Positions 17,970 through 27,344 of a stretch of DNA of 64,000 nt are shown piece after piece (within the stretch, counting starts at the first letter, position 1; every line of letters begins with the position of its first letter). The DNA is from Gaiellaceae bacterium. GTDB lineage: Bacteria; Actinomycetota; Thermoleophilia; Gaiellales; Gaiellaceae. The notes beneath the pieces were generated by a model. The model was not told where the DNA came from and did no database searches. It was given only the letters and a program-made list of their open reading frames with translations. The stretch lies in the NCBI GenBank assembly GCA_036394915.1, contig DASWEE010000144.1, positions 17,142-81,141 of the forward strand, written 5' to 3'. The position numbers were made by a program, and so were the translations under genes.

Positions 17970-19559
17970 TTGCTCACGCTCGACCAGGTCACCACGCACC
18001 ACGGCGCCAACCCGATCCTCGTGGACGTCACGTTCGCTGTCGGCCCCGGCGCCCGGATCGGCGTCATCGGCCCGAACGGTGTGGGCAAGTCGACGCTGCT
18101 GCGGATCGCCGCCGGCCTCGACCAGCCCGATTCGGGCACGGTCGCGCGCGCCCCTGCGTCGCTGACGGCCGGCTACGTCCCGCAGGAGCCGGATGCGCGA
18201 CCGGGCGAGACGCTGCTCGCGTACCTGTCCCGAAGGACGGGGGTCGCAGAGGCCGGCGCGGAGCTGGATGCCCTCTCCGCAGGCCTCGCCGACGACCTGA
18301 CTCTTGTCCACGCCCATTCGGAGGCGCTCGAGCGCTTTCTCGCGCTCGGGGGCGACGACCTCGTCGCGCGGGCGCGAACGGCCTGCGCAGAGGTCGGCCT
18401 TCCGGCCGAGCGGCTCGAGCTACCGATGACCGCCCTCTCGGGGGGAGAGGCGGCCCGCGCGGCACTGGCGGCGATCCTGCTCTCGCGCTTCGACGTGCTG
18501 CTGCTGGACGAGCCGACGAACAACCTCGACTTCGAGGGCCTCGACCGCCTCGAGCGCTTCGTGAGCTCGACTCGCGCCGGGGTCGTCGTCGTCTCCCACG
18601 ACCGCGCGTTCCTCGATCGCACCGTCAAGCGCGTGGTCGAGCTGGACGAGCGCACACACCGCGCCCGTGAGTACGCCGGCGGGTGGAGCGACTACGAGAT
18701 CGTGCGCGCGCGCGAGCGAGAGGCCCACTACCGCCGGTACGAGGATGCGGCGAAGCGTCGGGACGAGATCGAGCAGCTCCTCCGGGGCCGCCGCAACGAG
18801 GCGCGGCGGGCCGGCGCGCGCGTCCTCGCGCGGGAGACGGGCGGCTCCGACCGGCGCGCGACCCACGCTCTGAGCGGGAAGGTGCGCCAGGCCGAGCGTG
18901 CGCTCGAGCGTCTGGAGGAGGTCGAGAAGCCGTACGAGCCCTGGGAGCTCCGCCTCTCGCTCGCACCGGACCGGCGCAGCGGCAAGGTCGTCGCCCGCTT
19001 GGAGGGCGCCGTGATCGAGCGTGGCTCGTTCCGCCTCGGTCCGCTCGATCTCGAGGTGGGATGGCGCGAGCGCGTCGCCGTCCTCGGGCCGAACGGAAGC
19101 GGGAAGACGACGCTGCTCGAGGCCCTGCTGGGAAAGCTTCCGCTCGCCGCCGGCCGCCGTTATGTCGGGCCCGGCGTGGCAATGGGCGAGCTCGACCAGG
19201 AACGGGAGCGGTTCGGCGGGGAGGAGCCGCTGCTCAGGGTCTTCTGCCGCGATGCGTCCGTCCCGGAGTCCGAGGCGCGCTCAATGCTCGCGAAGTTCGC
19301 GCTGGGGGCCGAGGACGTCCTTCGTCCGGCGTCCTCGCTCTCGCCCGGCGAGCGCACGCGCGCCTCGCTCGCACTGCTCGTGCTCCGAGGCGTGAACTGC
19401 CTCGTGCTCGACGAGCCGACGAACCATCTCGATCTGCCGGCGATCGAGGAGCTGGAGGGGGCGCTGGAGCGCTACGACGGAACGGTGCTGCTCGTCACCC
19501 ACGATCGGCGTTTCCTCGAGCGGTTTGCGGCAACCAGGACGATCGAGCTCCTTCGCTAG
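17970..19559 (+). CDS. ABC-F family ATPase (two ABC domains, no transmembrane domain)
   Basis: Two Walker A motifs ('GPNGVGKST', 'GPNGSGKTT'), two signatures ('LSGGEAARAALA', 'LSPGERTRASLA'), ~80-aa charged interdomain linker. TTG start. Confidence 0.9.
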   Translation: MLTLDQVTTHHGANPILVDVTFAVGPGARIGVIGPNGVGKSTLLRIAAGLDQPDSGTVARAPASLTAGYVPQEPDARPGETLLAYLSRRTGVAEAGAELDALSAGLADDLTLVHAHSEALERFLALGGDDLVARARTACAEVGLPAERLELPMTALSGGEAARAALAAILLSRFDVLLLDEPTNNLDFEGLDRLERFVSSTRAGVVVVSHDRAFLDRTVKRVVELDERTHRAREYAGGWSDYEIVRAREREAHYRRYEDAAKRRDEIEQLLRGRRNEARRAGARVLARETGGSDRRATHALSGKVRQAERALERLEEVEKPYEPWELRLSLAPDRRSGKVVARLEGAVIERGSFRLGPLDLEVGWRERVAVLGPNGSGKTTLLEALLGKLPLAAGRRYVGPGVAMGELDQERERFGGEEPLLRVFCRDASVPESEARSMLAKFALGAEDVLRPASSLSPGERTRASLALLVLRGVNCLVLDEPTNHLDLPAIEELEGALERYDGTVLLVTHDRRFLERFAATRTIELLR

Positions 19560-19571
19560 ACTGGCGCAGCT

Positions 19572-19760
19572 GTGGCAGTCCCCAAGAAAAAGACCTCCAA
19601 ATCCCGCCGCGACAAGCGGCGCGCGCAGCATCGGATCGAGGCGCCGCGGGTGAACGAGTGCCCGCATTGCCACCGTCCCAAGCGGCCGCATCACGTCTGC
19701 CCGAACTGCGGTACCTATCGCGGTCGCGAGGTCGAACCTTTCCGCGGACCGACCCCGTAG
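19572..19760 (+). CDS. rpmF: 50S ribosomal protein L32
   Basis: 'MAVPKKKTSKSRRDKRRA...CPHCHRPKRPHHVCPNCG'. Confidence 0.95.
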   Translation: MAVPKKKTSKSRRDKRRAQHRIEAPRVNECPHCHRPKRPHHVCPNCGTYRGREVEPFRGPTP

Positions 19761-19764
19761 GCTC

Positions 19765-20745
19765 ATGAGCGTCCGGGTGGCGGTAGACGCTCTAGGCGGC
19801 GACCGCGGCCCAGAAGACATCGTCGCCGGCGCGCTAGAGGCTGCCTCCGACGGGATCGTCCCGATCCTGTTCGGGCCCCCCGACCTGGACACGAAGGGGC
19901 TCGGGCACGTCACGGCGTCCCAGGTGATCGGGATGGACGAGAAGCCGGCCGAGGCCGTGCGCTCCAAGCCGGACAGCTCGCTCGTCGCCGCCTGCCGCGC
20001 GGTCGGCGCCGGAGAGGCCGATGCAGTCGTCTCGGCGGGGAACACGGGCGCCATGCTCGCGGCCTGCCTGATGCAGCTTCGCCGGCTCCCGGGCGTGCTC
20101 CGGCCGGCGATCGCGGTTCCGATCCCCGCCCGGCAGGGCCCGTCCGTCCTGATCGACTCGGGGGCGAACGCGGATGCGCGCGCCGAGCACCTGCTCCAGT
20201 TCGCCCACATGGGAGCGCTCTTCGCCGAGGAGATCCTCGGGATCGAGCGGCCGGAGGTGCGGCTGCTCTCGATCGGGGAAGAGCCGGAGAAGGGCAACCA
20301 GCTCACGCTCGAGGCGCACGACCTGCTGGCGGGAAGCGAGCTGCGGTTCGGGGGCAACGTCGAGAGCCGGGAGCTGCTCGAGGGAGCAGCCGACGTGATC
20401 GTCTGCGACGGCTTCACCGGCAACGTCTGCCTCAAGCTGATGGAAGGGACGATCAGGACCGTCCTCGACGCGCTGCGGGCGGAGATCGCGCGCACGCGCA
20501 AAGGACGCGTCGGAGGGCTGCTGATCCGGGGAGCCGCCCGCGGCCTGCGCGACCGGCTCGATCCCGATACGTACGGCGGCGCCTACCTGCTCGGGCTGCG
20601 AGGCATCGCCGTGATTGCTCATGGCAATTCCTCGCCGCGGGCGATCGCGAACGCGATCGAGCTCGCCGCGCGCGGCGTCGATCACGGCGTCGTCCAACGC
20701 CTCGGTGAACGTTTCCCCGAGCGCCGCGCAGTCCGGGCCGGGTAG
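19765..20745 (+). CDS. plsX: Phosphate acyltransferase PlsX
   Basis: 'VDALGGDRGP', 'VSAGNTGA', 'DGFTGNVCLK'. Confidence 0.9.
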   Translation: MSVRVAVDALGGDRGPEDIVAGALEAASDGIVPILFGPPDLDTKGLGHVTASQVIGMDEKPAEAVRSKPDSSLVAACRAVGAGEADAVVSAGNTGAMLAACLMQLRRLPGVLRPAIAVPIPARQGPSVLIDSGANADARAEHLLQFAHMGALFAEEILGIERPEVRLLSIGEEPEKGNQLTLEAHDLLAGSELRFGGNVESRELLEGAADVIVCDGFTGNVCLKLMEGTIRTVLDALRAEIARTRKGRVGGLLIRGAARGLRDRLDPDTYGGAYLLGLRGIAVIAHGNSSPRAIANAIELAARGVDHGVVQRLGERFPERRAVRAG

Positions 20746-20797
20746 CGCGTGTTAGCATCCGCGCGCTTTAGACCCCCCGACCGTCAAGAGAGGTGAA

Positions 20798-21043
20798 ATG
20801 GCAGCTTCGCGCGAGGAAGTCTCCGAGCGGGTCAAAGAGGTCCTGACCGAGCAGCTCGGGATCGACGAGAGCGAGATCACGGAGGAAGCCTCGTTCCAGG
20901 AGGACCTGGACGCTGACTCGCTCGATCTCGTCGAGCTGATCATGGAGCTCGAGGACCAGTTCGGGATCAAGATCTCCGACGAGGACGCCCAACAGATCCA
21001 AACGGTCGGGCAAGCGGTCGACTACGTCACGTCGCACCAGTAA
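20798..21043 (+). CDS. acpP: Acyl carrier protein
   Basis: Phosphopantetheine site '[17 protein letters not shown]'. Confidence 0.95.
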   Translation: MAASREEVSERVKEVLTEQLGIDESEITEEASFQEDLDADSLDLVELIMELEDQFGIKISDEDAQQIQTVGQAVDYVTSHQ

Positions 21044-21068
21044 CGACAACCGCGGCGAGCTCGAGCGG

Positions 21069-21722
21069 CTGATCGACGAGCTCCCGCCGGAGCGGCTCGC
21101 GCAGGTCTTCACGCATCCCTCCTGGGCGGCGGAGCGGAGCGAGTCCTACGAGCGGCTGGAGTTCCTGGGGGACAGCGTCCTCGAGCTTGCGATCGCGCGG
21201 GCGCTGTTCGAGGAGTACCCGGACTTCTCGGAGGGGCAGCTGGCTCGGCTGCGCGCGCACATCGTCTCCAGGCAGAGCTGTGCCGTCGTCGGGCGCGAGC
21301 TCGGGCTGGGGCGGCGGCTCAGCCGGCACGCCGGCGAGACGAGCGAGGAGGAGCTCGCCAAGCTCGCACGGAACCCGAACGTCCTCGGCGCGCTGCTGGA
21401 GGCCGCGCTGGCGGCGCTCTTCCTCGAGCACGGCTTCCCGGCCATCGAGCCGGCGATCGTCGAGGCGTTTCGCGGCCGGATCGAGTATGCGACCACGAGC
21501 TACGTCGATCACAAGACGGAGCTCCAGGAAGAGCTCGCACGTCGGGGCCGTCAGGTCACCTACGGCGTGCTCGAGGTCGAGGGGCCGCCCCACGAGCGAA
21601 CGTTCACGGTGGCGGCGGTCGTCGAGGGAAAGCAACTGGGGGTCGGCCGGGGCCGGTCGAAGAAGGACGCCGAGCAGAGCGCTGCGGAAGAAGCCCTGAC
21701 CGCGCTCTCGGCCGAGCGGTGA
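21069..21722 (+). CDS. rnc: Ribonuclease III; missing from the ORF track because it has no ATG/GTG/TTG start
   Basis: Frame 3 is open from 20940 to TGA 21720-21722. Signature '[15 protein letters not shown]' and dsRBD '[36 protein letters not shown]'. The only plausible starts upstream of the signature are CTG 21069 and ATC 21072. Confidence 0.8.
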   Translation: MIDELPPERLAQVFTHPSWAAERSESYERLEFLGDSVLELAIARALFEEYPDFSEGQLARLRAHIVSRQSCAVVGRELGLGRRLSRHAGETSEEELAKLARNPNVLGALLEAALAALFLEHGFPAIEPAIVEAFRGRIEYATTSYVDHKTELQEELARRGRQVTYGVLEVEGPPHERTFTVAAVVEGKQLGVGRGRSKKDAEQSAAEEALTALSAER

Positions 21723-22261
21723 CCGTCGTCCAGCGCTCTTCCCGCCGTTTCTCCTCGAAACGGATCGAGGAGACGGCACGAGGCCTCCTCGAGGCATCGG
21801 CGCTTTGTGCGCTTGCGACCGTGTCGAGGGAGGGGCGGGCGTACGTGAACACCATGTACTTCGCGTGGGATCGCGAGCTCCGCGTCGTCTGGATCTCTGC
21901 GCCTGAGGCGCAGCATTCGCGGAACCTCCGCCAGAACCGCTCTGCTGCGATCACGGTCTTCGACTCGGGGCAGAAGTGGGGGGGCAAGGATCGTGGGATC
22001 CAGCTCTTCGGGTCTGCGAGCGAGCTGGGCCAGGGACGAGATCGAGCCGCACAGGAGACGTACTCGGCGCGCTTCCCGGCGTACGACCCGGCCGAGCTCG
22101 GCGTCTATGGCTTCTATCGCTTCCGTCCCAGCCGGATCAAGCTCTTCGACGAAGAGGCGCTGGGTCCGGGCGTGTTCGTGACCGCGAGCGTGAAAGGCCG
22201 CGGCCGCCTCGAATGGACGCGGACCGAGGTCTACCGCTCAGGTTCAAGGCGCCCTGGATGA
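21719..22261 (+). CDS. Pyridoxamine 5'-phosphate oxidase-like FMN-binding (split-barrel) protein
   Basis: '[22 protein letters not shown]', '[15 protein letters not shown]'. GTGA overlap with rnc. Confidence 0.7.
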   Translation: MTVVQRSSRRFSSKRIEETARGLLEASALCALATVSREGRAYVNTMYFAWDRELRVVWISAPEAQHSRNLRQNRSAAITVFDSGQKWGGKDRGIQLFGSASELGQGRDRAAQETYSARFPAYDPAELGVYGFYRFRPSRIKLFDEEALGPGVFVTASVKGRGRLEWTRTEVYRSGSRRPG

Positions 22262-22301
22262 GGAGAGCTGCCATCCGCACTGGTAAGTAGCGTTCGGGCG
22301 C

Positions 22302-25019
22302 GTGCATCTGCGCTCGATCAGCCTGCGCGGCTTCAAGTCGTTTCCCGATCCGGTCGAGATCCGCCTCGAGCCGGGAGTCGCGGTCGTCGTCGGCCCCAAC
22401 GGCTCCGGGAAGTCGAACATCGCCGACGCGATCGTCTGGGCGGCCGGGAGCCTCAGCCCCAGCGAGCTCCGCGCGGAGCGGGCGGACGACGTCCTGTTCG
22501 CGGGCTCGAATGGGAAGCCCGCGGCCGAGTGGTGCGAGGTCGAGCTCCTGTTCGACAACGCGGACGGCGGGCTCGCCGAGCTGGACTTCTCCGAAGTCTC
22601 GGTCGTGCGCCGCCTCCATCGGGGCGGCGAGGGCCAGTACCTCGTGAACCGGGCCTCCGTGCGGCGCACCGATCTCGTCGAGCTCCTCTCCGACGTCGGT
22701 CTCGGGTCGGGGATGCACTCGGTCGTCGGGCAGGGAAAGGTCGAGGCGATCCTCGCCAGCAGCCCCACCGAACGCCGAGCGCTCGTCGAGGAAGCTGCGG
22801 GGCTCGGCCGGTTCAAGCGCCGCCGGCACCGGGCCGAGCTGAAGCTCGCCCGCGTCGCCCGTGAGGTCGAGCGTGCTCGCGACGTCGAGGGCGAAGCCCG
22901 AAAGCGGCTGCGTCCGCTGGCACTGCAGGCCACCGCCGCCGAGCGCGCCGAGAAGATCTCGGTGCAGGTGGCGGCGGCCGAGGCGCGGATCGCCGAGCTC
23001 GATCTCGCGTCGCTGACCGAGCGCCAGACGGCTGCACAGGAGCGCAAGGCGGCCTCGGGGCTCGAGCGGAAGCGGGTCGACGGAAAGCTGGAGACGCTGC
23101 TGCTCGAACGGCAGCGGGCCGAGGAGGAGCTCGCCGACGCGGCCGGCGGCCGCGAGGCCGCGACGGCGGCTCTCTACCGCCTCCGGAGCGCCGCCGAGCG
23201 GGTCGGGCTCAGGCGCGAGAGCGCCGAAGACCTGCACGGCAGGCTCCGGCAGGAGCTCGACGAGGCCCGGCAGTGCAGCCTGGCGGATGCGGCCCCGTCG
23301 GTGGCCAGGGCAGAAGAGACGATCATCGCGGCCAGGGACGCCGCGCAGGAGCGCGACCGGCTGGCCGAGCAGGCCTCGGCCACCCGGGAGCGGTTGCGAG
23401 CGCTTGAGCACTCGCTGGCGGAGCGGGAGGGGATACCACCGGCGGCGCGGGCCCTCTCCGAGCAAGGCGAGCAGCTCGCACTGGCGGGCCTTGAGGCGGA
23501 TCCGGGCTGCGAGCGCGCCGTCGCCGCCGCCCTCGCCTGGCGGGCATCCGCCGTCTCCGCATCGAGCACGGCAGAAGGCTTCAGCCTGCTGGAACGTGCC
23601 CGGGAGGGCGGCCTCGGCAGCCTGCTCGTGCTCGTGCCTCCGGTGCGCTCGATGGCGCGGGGCGAGCCGCCGACGCCCGGAGCGACTGCGCTCACCGACC
23701 ACGTCCGGACACGGGCGGGAGGCGAGCGCGCGCTCGCGCTGCTCGAGGACACCTGGCTGGTCGCGGACGAGGAGCTGTTGCAGGCACGGCGCGGGCTCGT
23801 CGTGACGAGGACCGGCCACGGTTTCGCGCCCGAGCAGGGCGAGCTGTGGTTTACGGGGGAGACCGCCGAGAGTGTGCTGCTCGAGCTCGAAGGCAGGCGC
23901 CGCAGCCTCGAGCGGGAAGTGGCCGAGCTCGAACGAGCGGCCGAGGAGGCCGTCAAGCGCGCCGAGGAGGCGGCTCGCCGGATGGAGAAGGCACGGGCTG
24001 CGCTCCCGGCCTCGCCACGGGTCGCGCCGGCGATGCTCGAACGGCTGGTGGCCGGAACGGAGCGCGCCGTGACGGTTCTCGTTCGGGCGGCCGAGTCGGG
24101 CACACGCCTCGAGACGCCGTTGCGGGCGCGCGCGGACGCCGGCGGGATGCGAACCGGCGAGCTCGCGGCCGAGCTGCGGCGGCTCGGCGCGTCCGAGGCA
24201 GAGCTTCGCCGCGAGTCCGGAGAGGCGCGGGAGCGGGCGACCGAGATCGACGTCGAGCTCGCTCGGATCGACGCCGAAGCGAAGGAGGCGCGGGCCCGGC
24301 TCGAAACGGCAGGGACGGCGCCTGCCGAGGGCGACGACCGTGAAGAGCTCGAGACGGCGCTCGAGCGGCTCCGCCGCCGCCGCGAGTCGCTCGGGCAGGT
24401 CAACCCGCTCGCGAAGGAGGAGCACGAGCGGGAGAAGGAGCGGCTGCACGAGCTCGTGGAGCAGCGAAAGGATCTCGAGGAGAGCCTGAGCCGGCTGGAG
24501 GAGTTGCGGACCGAGCTCACCGAGACCGTCGAGCGCCGCTTCGCCGATACGTTCGACCGCGTGCGGGCGCACTTCGAGGAAGTGGCCGCAACCCTGTTCC
24601 CGGGCGGCGAGGGCCGGCTGCGGCTGACGGCGCCGGATGAGGAGGACGAGGAGGCCGAGTCGGGCATCGAGGTCGAGCTCCGTCCCGCCGGGAAGCGCGT
24701 CACGCGGCTCTCGCTCCTCTCGGGCGGCGAGCGTGCGCTCGGCGCGATCGCGTTCCTGTTCTCGCTCTTCCTGGCCCGCCCGTGCCCCTTCTACCTCCTG
24801 GACGAGGTCGAGGCCGCGCTGGATGATCCCAACATCGGCCGCTTCGTCTCGCTGCTGAGGGCGTATGCGGACCGCGCTCAGTTCATCGTCGTCACGCACC
24901 AGAAGCGGACGATGGAGGCCGCCGACGTGCTCTACGGCGTCACGATGGGATCGGACGGCATTTCGCAAGTCGTCTCGCGCCGGATGCCGCGCGAAGAGTC
25001 GCTCGCCGCGACGGCCTAG
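22302..25019 (+). CDS. smc: Chromosome segregation protein SMC (short, 905 aa)
   Basis: 'GPNGSGKSNIADAI', long coiled coils, reduced hinge region, 'LSGGERALGAIAFLFSLF', 'YLLDEVEAALD'. Confidence 0.9.
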   Translation: MHLRSISLRGFKSFPDPVEIRLEPGVAVVVGPNGSGKSNIADAIVWAAGSLSPSELRAERADDVLFAGSNGKPAAEWCEVELLFDNADGGLAELDFSEVSVVRRLHRGGEGQYLVNRASVRRTDLVELLSDVGLGSGMHSVVGQGKVEAILASSPTERRALVEEAAGLGRFKRRRHRAELKLARVAREVERARDVEGEARKRLRPLALQATAAERAEKISVQVAAAEARIAELDLASLTERQTAAQERKAASGLERKRVDGKLETLLLERQRAEEELADAAGGREAATAALYRLRSAAERVGLRRESAEDLHGRLRQELDEARQCSLADAAPSVARAEETIIAARDAAQERDRLAEQASATRERLRALEHSLAEREGIPPAARALSEQGEQLALAGLEADPGCERAVAAALAWRASAVSASSTAEGFSLLERAREGGLGSLLVLVPPVRSMARGEPPTPGATALTDHVRTRAGGERALALLEDTWLVADEELLQARRGLVVTRTGHGFAPEQGELWFTGETAESVLLELEGRRRSLEREVAELERAAEEAVKRAEEAARRMEKARAALPASPRVAPAMLERLVAGTERAVTVLVRAAESGTRLETPLRARADAGGMRTGELAAELRRLGASEAELRRESGEARERATEIDVELARIDAEAKEARARLETAGTAPAEGDDREELETALERLRRRRESLGQVNPLAKEEHEREKERLHELVEQRKDLEESLSRLEELRTELTETVERRFADTFDRVRAHFEEVAATLFPGGEGRLRLTAPDEEDEEAESGIEVELRPAGKRVTRLSLLSGGERALGAIAFLFSLFLARPCPFYLLDEVEAALDDPNIGRFVSLLRAYADRAQFIVVTHQKRTMEAADVLYGVTMGSDGISQVVSRRMPREESLAATA

Positions 25020-25072
25020 GCTTCGGCGCCGTGAGCGCCCACGTGGCCACGGTTGCAGGCTAGCGTTCGCCG

Positions 25073-26026
25073 ATGGCCAGAAGCTGGGCAGAGCTGCTCG
25101 GGGACGAGGGCGGTCCCGAGGAAGCGGAGGAGGAGCAGTCGGGGTTCTTCTCGCGGCTGCGGGACTCGCTCGGACGAAGCCGCCGGGCCCTCACGGGCCA
25201 GCTCGCCGCGGCCGCCTTCGACCCCGACGACGACGAGGCCTGGGAACGGCTCGAGGAGGCGCTGATCGCGGCCGACGTCGGCGTCCCGACCACGGCCGAG
25301 CTCGTGCGGCGGCTGGAGGCCAGAGACGATCTCGTCGACGGCCTCGAGCACGCGCTCGTGGAGGAGATCGCCGCACTCCTCGGGGATCCTCCGCGCCTCG
25401 ACGTCCACGCGAAGCCGAGCGTCCTGCTGTTCGTCGGCGTGAACGGAACGGGCAAGACGACGACGATCGGCAAGCTGGCGCAGGCGCTGCGGGAGCGCGA
25501 CCGCGACGTGATCGTGGCGGCCGCGGACACGTTCAGGGCCGCTGCCGACGAGCAGCTCGAGGTCTGGGCGAAGCGGGCGGAGGCGGACTTCGTCGGGGCC
25601 GCCCGCGGGGGAGATCCCGCCGCCGTCGCCTTCGACGCGATCGAGGCGGCGCAGTCACGGGGCCGTGACGTCGTGCTCGTCGACACGGCGGGGCGGCTGC
25701 ACACGCACACGAACCTGATGGCCGAGCTGGCCAAGATCGGGCGAGTCGTCGCGGGAAGACTGGAGGGTGCGCCGCACGAGACGCTGCTCGTGATCGACGC
25801 GACCACGGGTCAGAACGGCGTCCAGCAGGCGCGTCTCTTCGGGGAGGCGGTCGAGGTGACCGGCGTCGTGCTGACGAAGCTGGACGGCTCGGCCAAGGGC
25901 GGGATCGCGGTCGCGATCGCGCACGAGCTCGAGCTGCCGGTGAAGCTGATCGGCGTCGGCGAGCGCCTGGACGACCTGCGGCCGTTCGACCCGGACGACT
26001 TCGCGCGCGCGCTGGTGTCCGGCTAG
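25073..26026 (+). CDS. ftsY: Signal recognition particle receptor FtsY
   Basis: Acidic N-terminus, 'GVNGTGKTTTIGKLA', 'DTAGRLH', 'TKLDGSAKGG'. Confidence 0.9.
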   Translation: MARSWAELLGDEGGPEEAEEEQSGFFSRLRDSLGRSRRALTGQLAAAAFDPDDDEAWERLEEALIAADVGVPTTAELVRRLEARDDLVDGLEHALVEEIAALLGDPPRLDVHAKPSVLLFVGVNGTGKTTTIGKLAQALRERDRDVIVAAADTFRAAADEQLEVWAKRAEADFVGAARGGDPAAVAFDAIEAAQSRGRDVVLVDTAGRLHTHTNLMAELAKIGRVVAGRLEGAPHETLLVIDATTGQNGVQQARLFGEAVEVTGVVLTKLDGSAKGGIAVAIAHELELPVKLIGVGERLDDLRPFDPDDFARALVSG

Positions 26027-26232
26027 CTCCGCTCGACTCCAAATGCGATGTTGACGGTCGTGCGGTACTGGGTGATGCGGTCGTTCTCGACCACGGCGCT
26101 CATCGAGACCACGTGGGCGCCGTTGATCCCGCGCAGCGTCTTCGCCGCCTCCTGGACCGCTGCGTCGGCCGCCTTCGCAAAGCTCTCCGGGGACGAGCCG
26201 ATCAGCGTGACCACTTTTGCGACGTCGGACAT
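26023..26232 (-). CDS. Dodecin family flavin-binding protein
   Basis: 69 aa, 'KVVTLIGSSPESFAKAADAAVQEAAKTLRGI...V' is typical dodecin. Confidence 0.8.
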   Translation of the reverse strand: MSDVAKVVTLIGSSPESFAKAADAAVQEAAKTLRGINGAHVVSMSAVVENDRITQYRTTVNIAFGVERS

Positions 26233-26436
26233 TTCCGCTCCCTTCCCTCGTTGGTCGAGGGAGGATAAGCGCTAGGAGGGATTGGCGGAACCTCGCTCGT
26301 CGCCGGGGTGCGATGGCCGTTCCGAGGCAAGGACGCAGGGAGCGTTCGTAGCCGGAGGCTACGGGCGCGACTGAGGACGCCGCCTCGGGGCGGACAGCGC
26401 GGCCCGGCGGCACAGACTAGGTTTCGTCAAGCCCTC

Positions 26437-27344
26437 CTAAGAAAGACTGAGGCCGAGAGACGACGTCAAGCTGGGCAGCGGCTTGTAGCTCTCGGGGGGC
26501 GTGATCGTGACGGTCTCGCCCCATTTGCCGAGGTCGATCCCGAGCGAGACGTGCAGCGCGTTCAGCCCGCTCAGCTGGGAGCCCGTCGTCTGCAGCTTCT
26601 GCAGGTCGTCCGAATTGAGGTCGATGCTGACATTCGCTCTGCGCAGCAGGTGGTCGTCCTTGCCGACGTCGGCCGTGACGTTGGTGGCGTTCTGCAGGGC
26701 CTGGAGCGCGTTCCGCTGCTGCGCCGTCAGCGTCTGCCCGCTCTGCTCCGAGAGCTTCGCGATCCCGTCGGCGTCGAGCGTGCCCTTGAACTCCCACGTG
26801 TCGGCGTCGTCGAGCGTCGGGCCGTCCGCGATCGTGCCGTCGAAGATCTCGTCCGCGTGCTGCCGCGGCTGCTGCGCGCTGCTTTGCTGGGCCCCGGGCA
26901 CCGTGTTCAGACGGGATTGCCCCAGCTGCTTCAGCGTCCCCAGCCCGGAGTGCTTCGTCCCGTACCAGGTTCCGAGCAGCTCTGCATAGAGCTCGTTCGG
27001 GCCGGCCAGGAGCTTGCCCGAGAACTCCCGGCCCGTCACCGAGATGCTGCCGTCAGCCGTGAAAGCCTTCGAGGAGGCGTCTCCCTCGAGGTGGAGCTTG
27101 ATCGAATGGCCGCAAACGCCTGCACGAGTGCGTTCTTGAGCGCGCCGTTCGTCTCGATCGAGACGGTGAGGTCGAGCGCGTAGTGCGCGCTGTGCTTGGC
27201 GCTCGTCGCGCTCGAAGCCTTGACGAACAATGTCTGGAGCGACGGCGCGGGCTGTGATGGGGCCGAGCTTCCGCCGCCCCCGCAACCGGCGAGAGCAAAG
27301 AGGAAGAGGAGGCCCGCACTACACTTTTTGACGATGTTCGACAC
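26437..27344 (-). pseudogene. Lipoprotein gene interrupted by a frameshift near 27113
   Basis: GTG 27344 gives '[27 protein letters not shown]' (lipobox LAGC) and continues to '..LKNALVQAFAA'. The sensible continuation 'HSIKLHLEGDASSKAFTADGSISVTG...' is in another frame (ORF 26437..27285). Confidence 0.55.

Noticed and set aside
22137-24968. 943-aa ORF antisense to smc. Similar giant ORFs are 44347..47655(+), 49334..51478(-), 52486..54849(-), 32484..34544(-) and 53708..54970(-).
   Set aside because: The translations are Arg/Ala/Pro/Gly-rich with no motifs. They lie opposite to or out of frame with genes that carry unmistakable family signatures. Long spurious ORFs of this kind are expected at about 70% GC.
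26233-26436. A possible FMN riboswitch in the 204-nt region upstream of the dodecin gene, and a check for one upstream of the rib operon.
   Set aside because: Only short GC hairpins are present (GCCGCC-ccga-GGCGGC, GTAGCC-tcc-GGCTAC, CCCTCG-accaa-CGAGGG). I could not find the conserved RFN blocks (for example the ACCGGCGGTA-like and GGATGGGAGA-like segments). ribD overlaps rpe, so there is no leader there at all.
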